A stretch of 64,000 nucleotides of DNA from Nitrospirales bacterium (lineage in GTDB: Bacteria; Nitrospirota; Nitrospiria; Nitrospirales; UBA8639). Under the pieces are notes generated by a model. That model was not told the DNA's origin. It was given only the letters and a program-made list of their open reading frames with translations, and made no database searches. The DNA lies in the NCBI GenBank assembly GCA_965203295.1, contig CBDBCZ010000013.1:922442-986441 (forward strand), read 5' to 3'. The position numbers were made by a program, and so were the translations under genes. Within the stretch, counting starts at the first letter, position 1, and every line of letters begins with the position of its first letter. Positions 44,301 to 55,516 of this stretch are shown here, piece by piece.

Positions 44301-47300
44301 TCTCCTCTACTTTGGGCTTGCTGGTGAGCTGCAAGCAACTCAGTTTTTCAGTTAAATGTACTTCAGTGACATCACCATTGAGAAGATGAGGGTATAGCAG
44401 GGCCGTGGTCATTAATTGGGTTTCAGCCTCACCACTATCAGTTGGTGTTTTTAATAATTGGCAAGCATGAATTTTGGATGTATACATGCACTTTGGTGCA
44501 TTGAGAGTACATGAGAGAGATCACGCCGTGATTTATCTTGACGTGTGATGAAGGTGGTAGCCTTGCCCGATAAAGCACACTGTTTACCAGGATAAAACAA
44601 TGTGAGTCAATTATTGTTGCCAAAATTTACATCAGAAATGATTAGAGAAGGCCAGAAGTTCCTGAGTGGGCGTGCTCCCATGACTTCCCTGTTGTCATGA
44701 TTTACTCGCTTCACCACTATCAGTTGGTGTTTTTAATAATTGGCAAGCATGAATTTTGGATGTATACATGCACTTTGGTGCGACGAGAGTACATGAGAGA
44801 GATCACGCCGTGATTTATCTTGACGTGTGATGAAGGTGGTAGCCTTGCCCGATAAAGCACACTGTTTACCAGGATAAAACAATGTGAGTCAATTATTGTT
44901 GCCAAAATTTACATCAGAAATGATTAGAGAAGGCCAGAAGTTCCTGAGTGGGCGTGCTCCCATGACTTCCCTGTTGTCATGATTTACTCGCTTCACCACT
45001 ATCAGTTGGTGTTTTTAATAATTGGCAAGCATGAATTTTGGATGTATACATGCACTTTGGTGCGACGAGAGTACATGAGAGAGATCACGCCGTGATTTAT
45101 CTTGACGTGTGATGAAGGTGGTAGCCTTGCCCGATAAAGCACACTGTTTACCAGGATAAAACAATGTGAGTCAATTATTGTTGCCAAAATTTACATCAGA
45201 AATGATTAGAGAAGGCCAGAAGTTCCTGAGTGGGCATGCTCCCATGACTTCCCTGTTGTCATGATTTACTCGCTTTGATACAGCACATAATTGTAGTGTT
45301 TGTACATACCATATAGCCGGAAAATTTGGCGAAAACTTTAATTTGGCAGTTTGGCGAATTGTAAAAAATCGCCAAATTAAATTCTCACACATTATGATAT
45401 ACGTAACACCCACGCGCGCATACAGCTACAAGAAAGAAGTTGTTGTTCCCACTCCACGTACATGTTTTCTCTCTGTCTGGGAAGGATATCGAACTCGTAA
45501 ACAGAGCTTTAAGCACTCTCTATCTGGAAACTCGAAGCCTGTCACACAGTCACCTCGAGGCAAGTAGAACACTAGTCTTGACACGCCAGAAGAAAGGGCA
45601 CGAATTGGAAAGTATGCCACTGAGAACGGAGCGACAAAGGCTGCTACAGTCTTTTTGAAGTTTCTGGATAGTAAGATCAGTGAATCCAACGTCTCCATTC
45701 TCGATCTCAGTGACAAAAACGTTACATGTTCAGCAGCGATGCACTTAACTTGTTCGCCTAGCTAGGATTACGTCATATGCCAATATTAATTGCTAAAAAT
45801 TGTTGATTACATCATAGCCATAGCCTTCGCTGTACACAATCGCCAAATTTTAATTTCGCCAATATTTAATTTTAGTCGTTTTTGGCGATTTCGCCATATT
45901 TATTTCTCGCCAAATTTTCCGGCTATACGGTATTCCCATATATAACTTGAACCCTTATGGAGTCAAGGCTTGCTTTGTAGAAACAATATGTACAACTACA
46001 CAGTGTTCACTGATATCAATTGTATCATGTACCCCTCCACTGAAATCCGCAGGAGGGGTCATTTCAATTTTGTCCAGGCGTGTACCGTATGGTGGAAGAT
46101 TTTCACCAAAGTTGATATTTTGCCAATTTCGCCAGTAGGTTCAAGCGAAATTTCCGGCTGTACGGTGTATGTAGTTTGATCAGTTCCTGACATGCATGCA
46201 GTGTAGAAAGAATATGTACAACTTCACACTGTTGACTGATTAATAATTGTATAAAGACCCCTCCACTGACCTCTGCAGGAAGGGTCATCTCAGCACTGTC
46301 CAGTGTCTCATCAGTGAAGGACAATGCAATGTAAACATTGTGGACAGCTCTGGAGACACTCCTCTGCATTGGGCTTGCAGGTGAGCTGCAAGCATCTAAA
46401 TTTTTCAGCTAAGTGTACTTCAGTGACAACATGAGGGTATAGCAGGGACAAGATGAGGGTATAGCAGGGCCGTGGTCATTAATTGTGTTTCAGCCTGACC
46501 ACTGTGAGTTAGTTTTTTAATAATTGGCGAGCATGCATTTTGGTGCAAGGCGAATACTTGAGATCACACCATGGTCTATCAAGACGTGTGATGAAGGTGG
46601 CAGCCTTGCCCGATAAAGTACCCAGCTTACCAGGTCAAAACTATATGAGTCAACTTTTGCGGAACCACAACCTTCTGAGTAGTGTGAGTGCTGATCGTAC
46701 TATGGTTATATACCGTATAGTCGGACAATTTTGCGAGAATTAAATTTGGTGAAGTCGCCAAAAATTACTAATATTAAAAATTGGCGAAATTTAAATTTGG
46801 CGATTGTGTACGGCGAAGGCTATGACGTAATCAACTATTTTTGGCAATTTATGTATTAGCGTATGACGTAATCCTAGCTAGGTGAGCAACGTCCAACACT
46901 GCTGAACATGTAATGTATTTTTTTTGTCACTGAGATCGAGAATGGAGACGTTGGACTCGCTGATCTTACTATCCAGAAGCTTCGTAGCAGCCTTTGTCAC
47001 TCCATTGTCAGTGGCATACTTTCTAAATTTATTCATGCCATTTCTTCTGGCGTGTAAAACTAGTGTTAAACTTCCCTCGAGGTGACTGGGACAGGCTTCG
47101 AGTCTCCAGATAGAGAGAGCTTTACAGCTTTGTTCGCGAGTTCGATATCCTTGAGGAAACACGTACATGGAGTGGGAACAACAACTTCTTTCTTGTATAT
47201 AGCTGTATGCGCATGTGGGTGTTACGTATTACATAATGCGTGAGAAATTTAATCTGGCGAGAATTTAATTTGGCAATTTTTTACGATTCGCCAAACCACC

Positions 47301-50300
47301 AAATTAAAGTCCTTGCCAATTTTTCCGGCTATACGATAGTAGGTTGTGCAATTCTTGCTTAAAATTACATCAGATATGATTAGAAGAGGCCTAAAATTCC
47401 TGAGGGCAAGCTCCTAGACTCCCCTATTGTTGTGATTTACATGCATTACTACAGCACATACAAAACTAGTGCTACCTACTGCTAGTGTTTGTATATATTC
47501 CCATTTGGTGCAGAGGTTTGCTTAGTAGAAACAGTATGTACAACTACACGCTGTTCACTGATGAATAAATGTATGCTGTATCCCTCCACTGACCTCTGCA
47601 GTATAAGTCGTCTCGATATTGTCAAATGTCTCATCAGTGAACGACAATGCGATGTAAACAAAGCAGACAATTCTGGAGAGACTCCTCTACATTGGGCTTG
47701 CAGGTGAGCTGCAAGCAACTTGAACTAAATGCACTGCAGTGACATCATCAATAAGAAGATGAGGGTATAGCAGCTATGGCTTGCATGGTCATAAATGATT
47801 TCAGCCCGACCACTTTGAGTTTGTTTTTTTTAACTAATACGCCTAATTAGCCCTTTAAACGCTGTAGACATACATATACACGTATCATGAAAATTGATTG
47901 TTTACATTACCGTAGACTTGTATCCACATTATTGAGACTTTACTAGAAGGTGCTGCTCCAGTGAAAACAGCACATCTTGTGCATTGTGTGAGTGCTGAGC
48001 GCACTATGGCTATGTAGTAGATTGTCCCCTGCACAGACTTCATGTGTTCGTCTATTTAACGCCTACGTACCTTTGATTGTGCCAGTTGTTCGGCCCTGAG
48101 CTGCATCTCCTGGGCTTTTGGCCAGAGGTACTGTAAACTACATCAGAAAAGAATAGAGAATGCCTGAAATCCCGAAATTTCCTAAGTGGGCATGCTCCCA
48201 GACATCCCCATTGTCATGACTTCAATACAGCACATACAGTACTAGTACTACCTACTACTAGCATGAGCCCATATGGTGCCGAGGCTTGCTTTGTAGAAAC
48301 AATTTGATGTACAAGTACACATTGTTCACTGATATCGTTGTATCATGTACCCCTCCACTGACCTCTACAGGAGGGGTGAACTCAGTATTGTCCAGTGTCT
48401 CATCCGTGAACGACATTGCGGTGTAAACATAGTGGACAGTTCTGGAAACACTCCTCTACATTGGGCTTGCAGGTGAGCTGCAAGCAACTTGAACTAAATG
48501 CACTTCAGTGACATCATCAATAAGAGGAAGAGGGTATAGCAGCTATGGCTTGCATGGTCATCAATGATTTCAGCCCGACCACTTTGAGTTTTTTATTTTA
48601 TATTTTAACTAATACGCCTAATTAGCCCTTTAAACGCTGTAGACATACATATATACGTATCATAAAAATTGATTGTTTACATTACCGTAGTCTTGTATCC
48701 ACATTATTGAGACTTTACTAGTAGGTGCTGCACCAGTGAAAGCAGCACATCTTGTGCATTGTGTGAGTGCTGAGCGCACTATGGCTATAGAGTAGATTGT
48801 CCCCTGCACAGACTTCATGTGTTCGTCTATTTAACGCCTACGTACCTTTGATTGTGCCAGTTGTTCGGCCCTGAGCTGCATCTCCAGGGCTTTTGGCCAG
48901 AGGTACTGTAAACTACATCAGAAAAGATTAGAGAATGCCTGAAATCCCGAAATTTCCTATGTGGTCATGCTCCAAGACATCCCTATTGTCATGAATTCAA
49001 TACAGCACATACAGTACTAGTACTACCTACTACTAGCATGAGCCCATATGGTGCCGAGGCTTGCTTTGTAGAAACAATTTGATGTACAAGTACACATTGT
49101 TTACTGATATCATTGTATCATGTACACCTCCACTGACCTCTACAGGAGGGGGGAACTCAGTATTGTCCAGTGTCTCATCAGTGAAGGACAATGCAATGTA
49201 AACATTGTGGACAGTTCTGGAAACACTCCTCTGCATTGGGCTTGGAGGTGAGCTGCAAGCAACTCAATTTTTCAGTTAATACAGCGCACACAGTAGTAGT
49301 ACTACCTAGTACTAGTGTTTGTACATTGAGCCCTTATGGTGCCGAGGCTTGCTTTGTAGGAACAATATATGCAAGTACTTGCGCTCGCTTCGCTCGCGCA
49401 AGTACTTGTGCGTGTTAAATTCGCTCACACTATACAGATAGAAATGAAGTGTGACCTCTATGTGATTTGCATGGAACAGTATAGCATCTTCTGCCAATGA
49501 AGCAGTGCTTTTGACTAAGTCACATGTCAGTGTTGAAAATTGACTCGGCAGAGTTGGGGGGGGGTAAATATATAGTACGTGTGCACACTACATTTTTTTT
49601 AGAAGCCAAAGCATGTATTCTGTAATGTTCATGTAGTATAGCTATTATATGGAATGTGGAGCATCTGCCAGTGGCAGTAGCCTGATCGAGACTTTGACAG
49701 TAGTTTTTCTGCCTGAGCCATGTGGAGGCAGTAACTCAAAGGAGAAACTGCAAACAATTACAAAACCATACCGACATCATATGATGACGTTACGGTCTTC
49801 TCGCGGATTCGAGGGTCATTAGTGTATGTCACGTCCGTTACACACACACACACACGCACGCACACACAGAACTAACGTTAAAGTATTGATGTACAACTAC
49901 ACAGTGTTCACTGATATCAATTGTATCATGTACCCCTCCACTAAAATCCACAGGAGGGGTCATTTCAATATTGTCCAGGCGTGTATATGTAGTCTGATCA
50001 GTTCCTGACATGCATGCAGTGTAGAAAGAATTTGTACGACTTCACATTGTTGACTGATGAATAATTGTATAAAGACTCCTCCACTGACCTCTGCAGGGAG
50101 GGTCATCTCAGTATTGTGGAATATCTCATCAGTGAAGGACAATGCGATATAAACATTGTGGGCCGGTCTGGAGAGACTCCTTTACATTGGGCTTGCGGGT
50201 GAGCTGCAAGCAACTTGAACTAAATGCACTTCAGTGACATCATCAAATTCCTAAGTGGGCGTGCTCCCAGACATCCCTATTGTCATGACTTCAATACAGC

Positions 50301-53300
50301 ACATACAGTACTAGTACTACCTACTACTAGCATGGGTGCCGAGGCTTGCTTTGTAGAAACAATTTGATGTACAAGTACACATTGTTCACTGATATCGTTG
50401 TATCATGTACCCCTCCACTGACCTCTGCAGCATGGGTCATCTCAGTATTGTCCAGTGTCTCATCCGTAAACGACATTGCGATGTAAACATTGTGGACAGT
50501 TCTGGAAACACTCCTCTGCATTGGGCTTGGAGGTGAGCTGCAAGCAACTCAATTTTTCAGTTAAATGTACTTCAGTGACATCACCATTGAGAAGATGAGG
50601 GTATATCAGGGCCGTGGTCATTAATTGGGTTTCAGCCTCACCACTATCAGTTGGTGTTTTCGATAATTGGCAAGCATGAATTTTGGATGCATACATGCAC
50701 TTTGGTGCGACGAGAGTACATGAGTAAGATCACGCCAAGGTTTATCATGACGTGTGATGAAGGTGGTAGCCTTGCCCGATAAAGCACCCTGTTTACCAGG
50801 TCAAAACTATGGAGTCAACTGTTGCGGAGCCACACCCTTGCTAAGCACACTACTACTATGTAGTAGGTTATTCAATTCTTGCCCACAATTTTCCTGACTG
50901 TGCATGCTCCCAGACTTCCCTGTTGTCGTGATTTACACAGTTTAATACAGCACACACAGTAGTAGTACTACCTAGTACTAGTGTTTGTACATTGAGCCCT
51001 TATGGTGCCGAGGCTTGCTTTGTAGGAACAATATGTACAACTACACAGTGTTCACTGATATCAATTGTATCATGTACCCCTCCACTAAAATCCACAGGAG
51101 GGGTCATTTCAATATTGTCCAGGCGTGTATATGTAGTCTGATCAGTTCCTGACATTCATGCAGTGTAGAAAGAATTTGTACGACTTCACATTGTTGACTG
51201 ATGAATAATTGTATAAAGACTCCTCCACTGACCTCTGCAGGGAGGGTCATCTCAGCACTGTCCAGTGTCTCATCAGTGAAGGACAATGCGATGTAAACAT
51301 TGTGGGCCGGTCTGGAGAGACTCCTCTACATTGGGCTTGCGGGTGAGCTGCAAGCAACTTGAACTAAATGCACTTCAGTGACATCATCAATACGAAGATG
51401 AGGGTATAGCAGCTATGGCTTGCATGGTCATCAATGATTTCAGCCCGACCACTTTGAGTTGTTTTATTTTTTTTAATTAATACGCCTAATTAGTAAACCC
51501 TGTAGACATACATATACACTTATCATGAAAATTGATTGTTTACATTACCTTAGACTTGTATCCACATTATTGAGACTTTACTAGAAGGTGCTGCTCCAGT
51601 GAAAACAGCACATCTTGTGCATTGTGTGAGTGCTGAGCGCACTATGGCTATGTAGTAGATTGTCCCCTGCACAGACTTCATGTGTTCGTCTATTTAACGT
51701 CTACGTACCTTTGATTGTGCCAGTTGTTCGGCCCTGAGCTGCATCTCCTGGGCTTTTGGCCAGAAGTACTGTAAACTACATCAGAAAAGATTAGAGAATG
51801 CCTGAAATCCCGAAATTTCCTAAGTGGGCATGCTCCCAGACTTTCCTATTGTCATGACTTCAGTACAGCACATACAGTACTAGTACTACCTACTACTAGC
51901 ATGAGCCCATATGGTGCCGAGGCTTGCTTTGTAGAAACAATTTGATGTACAAGTACATACTGTTCGGTGATGTCATTGCATAATGTACCCCTCCACTGAC
52001 CTCTACAGGAAGGGTCATCTCAGTATTGTCCAGTGTCTCATCAGTGAAGGACATTGCGATGTAAACATTGTGGACAGTTCTGGAAACACTCCTCTACATT
52101 GGGCTTGGAGGTGAGCTGCAAGCAACTCAATTTTTCAGTTAAATGTACTTCAGTGACATCACCATTGAGAAGATGAGGGTATAGCAGGGCCGTGGTCATT
52201 AATTGGGTTTCAGCCTCACCACTATCAGTTGGTGTTTTCGATAATTGGCAAACATGAATTTTTGGATGCATACATGCACTTTGGTGCGACGAGAGTACGT
52301 GAGTAAGATCACGCCAAGGTTTATCATGACGTGTAATGAAGGTGGTAGCCTTGCCCGATAAAGCACACTGTTAACCAGGTCAAAACAATGTGAATCAACT
52401 ATTGTGGAGCCAATTCTTGTGTGTTGTTTGAGTGTTGAGCGCACTATGGCTATATAGTAAATTGTGCAATTCTTGCCAAAATTTACATCGGAAATGATTA
52501 GAGAAGGCCAGAAGTTCTTGAGTGGGCATGCTCCCATGACTTCCCTGTTGTCATGATTTACTCGCTTTAATACAGCACATAATTATAGTGTTTTTTGTAT
52601 ATACCATATAGCCCGAAAATTTGGCGAGAACTTTAATTTGGCAGTTTGGAGAATTGTAAAAAATCGCCAAATTAAATTCTCACGCGTTATGATATACGTA
52701 CATGTACCTTTGTGCCAGTTGTTTGGTCCTGAGCTGCATCTCCTGGGTTTTTGACCAGAGGTACTGTAAACTACATCAGAAAAGATTAGAGAATGCCTGA
52801 AATCCCGAAATTTCCTAAGTGGGCCACGCGCGCATACAGCTACAAGAAAGAAGTTGTTATTCCCACTCCACGTATGTGTTTTCTCTCTGTCGGGGAAATA
52901 TATCAAACTCGTAAACAAAGCTTTAAGCGCTGTCTATCTGGAGACTCGAAGCCTGTCACACAGTCACCTCGAGGCAAGTACATGTGACAAAGGTGGCAGC
53001 CTTGCCCGAAAAAGCACCCTGCTTACAAGGTCAAAACTATGGAGTCAATTATTGCGGAGCCACACCCTTGTGCGTTCAGCGAGTGCTAAGCACACTACTA
53101 CTATGTAGTAGGTTATTCAATTCTTGCCCACAATTTTCCTGACTGTGCATGCTCCCAGACTTCCCTGTTGTCGTGATTTACACAGTTTAATACAGCGCAC
53201 ACAGTAGTAGTACTACCTAGTACTAGTGTTTGTACATTGAGCCCTTATGGTGCCGAGGCTTGCTTTGTAGGAACAATATGTACAACTACACAGTGTTCAC

Positions 53301-54250
53301 TGATATCAATTGTATAATGTACCCCTCCACTGAAATCCACAGAAGGGGTCATTTCAATATTGTCCAGGCGTGTATATATAGTTTGATCAGTTCCTGACAC
53401 GCATGCAGTGTAGAAAGAATTTGTACGACTTCACATTGTTGACTGATGAATAATTGTATAAAGACTCCTCCACTGACCTCTGCAGGGAGGGTCATCTCAG
53501 TATTGTCCAGTGTCTCATCAGTGAAGGTCATTGCGATGTAAACATTGTGGGCCGGTCTGGAGAGACTCCTCTACACTGGGCTTGCAGGTGAGCTGCAAGC
53601 AACTTGAACTAAATGCACTTCAGTGACATCATCAATAAGAAGATGAGAGTATAGCAGCTATGGCTTGCATGGTCATCAATGATTTCAGCCCGACCACTTT
53701 GAGTTGTTTTATTTTTTTTAATTAATACGCCTAATTAGTAAACCCTGTAGACATACATATACACTTATCATGAAAATTGATTGTTTACATTACCTTAGAC
53801 TTGTATCCACATTATTGAGACTTTATTAGAAGGTGCTGCTCCAGTGAAAACAGCACATCTTGTGCATTGTGTGAGTGCTGAGCGCACTATGGCTATGTAG
53901 TAGATTGTACTAAAACTACATCGAAAAAGATTAGAGAATGCCTGAAATTCCGAAATTTCCTAAGTGGGCATGCTCCCAGACTTTCCTATTGTCATGACTT
54001 CAGTACAGCACATACAGTACTAGTACTACCTACTACTAGCATGAGCCCATATGGTGCCGAGGCTTGCTTTGTAGAAACAATTTGATGTACAAGTACATAC
54101 TGTTCGGTGATGTCATTGCATAATGTACCCCTCCACTGACCACTACAGGAAGGGTCATCTCAGTATTGTCCAGTGTGTCATCAATGAACGACATTGCGAT
54201 GTAAACATAGTGGACAGTTCTGGAAACACTCCTCTGCATTGGGCTTGGAG
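23302..54250 (+). CDS. Ankyrin-repeat protein built from one-repeat-per-exon cassettes; 3' end not in window
   Basis: First coding exon 23296-23456 (ACCACC-ATG at 23302; MAERYQLSEELLEACERGELGTVQNLISRGADP..TALHAAAR, phase-2 donor). Then 22 exons of exactly 102 nt, phase 2-2, cag|..|gtgag: 32362-32463, 33528-33629, 34056-34157, 34685-34786, 36313-36414, 37481-37582, 38074-38175, 38719-38820, 40218-40319, 41328-41429, 43210-43311, 44222-44323, 46279-46380, 47602-47703, 48371-48472, 49146-49247, 50097-50198, 50431-50532, 51241-51342, 52009-52110, 53486-53587, 54149-54250. Consensus xxGHLSIVQCLISEGHCDVNIVDSSGNTPLHWAC. Joining the first exon to the array is inferred from matching phase and repeat register. 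Confidence 0.88.
23790..24330. mobile_element. TA-flanked MITE
   Basis: TA-ccgtaaactctgataaataaccg ... cggttatttatcagagtttacgg-TA. Confidence 0.85.
24950..25148. repeat. ~200-bp imperfect palindrome (foldback element)
   Basis: Arms ..cagtgattacggg..aattagtgcgc-tc-ggacaattaagtaacg..gggcggataatgcac and gtgcattatccgccc..cgttacttaattgtcc-tc-gcgcactaatt..cccgtaatcactg. Confidence 0.92.
27073..29235 (-). pseudogene. hAT-superfamily DNA transposase (BED zinc finger, DDE, C-terminal dimerisation domain), inactivated
   Basis: SPVWDYL..C..C..NLKQHLKKEH (BED finger); ICVDIWT, LTDNGSNM, SCFSHTLQL, DCPTRWSSTY, ALDPRY, IERTFFTAG..KRNRL. Broken by a frameshift near 28060, a stop at 27731-27733, an 11-bp duplication near 27690-27710 and a frameshift near 27190. 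TIRs not identified. Confidence 0.92.
30300..30636 (-). mobile_element. HINE-like fragments with ggggcgagcgtgagcgagcccc terminal hairpins
   Basis: Hairpins at 30549-30570 and ~30609-30631 beside a (CAGA)n tract; a related end occurs at 60031-60130 on the plus strand. Boundaries approximate. Confidence 0.5.
31497..32109. mobile_element. TA-duplicating MITE
   Basis: ccgtaggcgctctaaat..gcgtcac ... gtgacgcaaatttagagcgcctacgg; the duplicated flank at 31341 shows the empty site gggttatcta, confirming a TA duplication. Confidence 0.88.
32486..32906 (+). mobile_element. HINE-like element family B
   Basis: Terminal hairpin taccagc..gctggta, (GTCT/GTTT)n tract, end gacatgaaatgtcagacttgtt, inserted in a T-run. 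Other copies at 57313-57820, with fragments at ~36850-36878 and ~62102-62180 (reverse). Confidence 0.7.
34947..35434. mobile_element. piggyBac-type MITE; second copy at ~38990-39483
   Basis: TTAA-CCCTT ... AAGGG-TTAA; empty site atccctttaagcccc at 37741. Confidence 0.85.
41825..42401. mobile_element. piggyBac-type MITE nested in a pogo-like element
   Basis: TTAA-CCCTTTGGCTTCC ... GGAAGCCAAAGGG-TTAA; the sister copy near 46770 lacks it. Confidence 0.88.
43360..43851 (-). mobile_element. HINE-like element family A, second copy, in an ankyrin-gene intron
   Basis: Reverse complement of 3798-4354 with an internal deletion; sister introns show the empty site catcatcaataagaagatg. Confidence 0.8.
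45309..45930 (+). mobile_element. Non-autonomous pogo/Tc1-like element; relatives at ~40741-40990, 41761-42953, 46713-47335, 52603-52980, 54744-55120
   Basis: TA-ccatatagccggaaaatttggcg ... cgccaaattttccggctatacgg-TA; internal peptide TPEERARIGKYATENGATKAA..KISESNV resembles the N-terminal DNA-binding helix-turn-helix of pogo-like transposases. Confidence 0.78.
49369..49888. mobile_element. Insertion with terminal hairpin and (CA)n tract, Helitron/Helentron-like
   Basis: Splits the intron motif gaacaatatgtacaactac that is intact in sister units; begins with the hairpin caagtacttgcgc-tc-gc-ttc-gc-tc-gcgcaagtacttg. Confidence 0.65.
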
Positions 54251-55516
54251 GTGAGCTGCAAGCAACTCAATTTTTCAGTTAAATGTACTTCAGTGACATC
54301 ACCATTGAGAAGATGAGGGTATAGCAGGGCCGTGGTCATTAATTGGGTTTCAGCCTCACCACTATCGGTTGGTGTTTTCGATAATTGGCAAGCATGAATT
54401 TTTGGATGCATACATGCACTTTGGTGCGACGAGAGTACATGAGTAAGATCACACCAAGGTTTATCTTGACATGTGATAAGGGTGGTAGCCTTGCCCGATA
54501 ATTAAAGCACACTGTTTACCAGGTCAAAACAATGTGAGTCAACTATTGTGGAGCCAATTCTTGTGTGTTGTTTGAGTGTTGAGCGCACTATGGCTATATA
54601 GTAAGTTGTGCAATTCTTGCCAAAATTTACATCGGAAATGATTAGAGAAGGCCAGAAGTTCTTGAGTGGGCATGCTCCCATGACTTCCCTGTTGTCATGA
54701 TTTACTCGCTTTAATACAGCACATAATTATAGTGTTTGTACATACCATATAGCCCGAAAATTTGGCAAGAACTTTAATTTGGCAGTTTGGCGAATTGTAA
54801 AATATCACCAAATTAAATTCTCACGCGTTATGATATACGTACATGTACCTTTGTGCCAGTTGTTTGGCCCTGAGCTGCATCTCCTGGGTTTTTGGCCAGA
54901 GGTACTGTAAACTACATCAGAAAAGATTAGAGAATGCCTGAAATCCCGAAATTTCCTAAGTGGGCCACGCGCGCATACAGCTACAAGAAAGAAGTTGTTA
55001 TTTCCACTCCATGTACGTGTTTTCTCTCTGTCTGGGAAATATATCAAACTCGTAAACAAAGCTTTAAGCGCTGTCTATCTGGAGACTCGAAGCCTGTCAC
55101 ACAGTCACCTCGAGGCAAGTACATGTGACGATGGTGGCAGCCTTGCCCGAAAAAGCACCCTGCTTACAAGGTCAAAACTATGGAGTCAATTATTGCGGAG
55201 CCACACCCTTGTGCGTTCAGCGAGTGCTAAGCACACTACTACTATGTAGTAGGTTATTCAATTCTTGCCCACAATTTTCCTGACTGTGCATGCTCCCAGA
55301 CTTCCCTGTTGTCGTGATTTACACAGTTTAATACAGCGCACACAGTAGTACTACCTAGTACTAGTGTTTGTACATTGAGCCCTTATGGTGCCGAGGCTTG
55401 CTTTGTAGGAACAATATGTACAACTACACAGTGTTCACTGATATCAATTGTATCATGTACCCCTCCACTGAAATCCACAGGAGGGGTCATTTCAAATATT
55501 GTCCAGGCGTGTATAT

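Noticed and set aside
40247..55249. Recurrent ORFs such as MATIIDSHCF.. and ..ETQLMTTALLYPHLL..
   Set aside because: They recur because the intron is duplicated; frames and stops differ between copies, so no current gene is supported.
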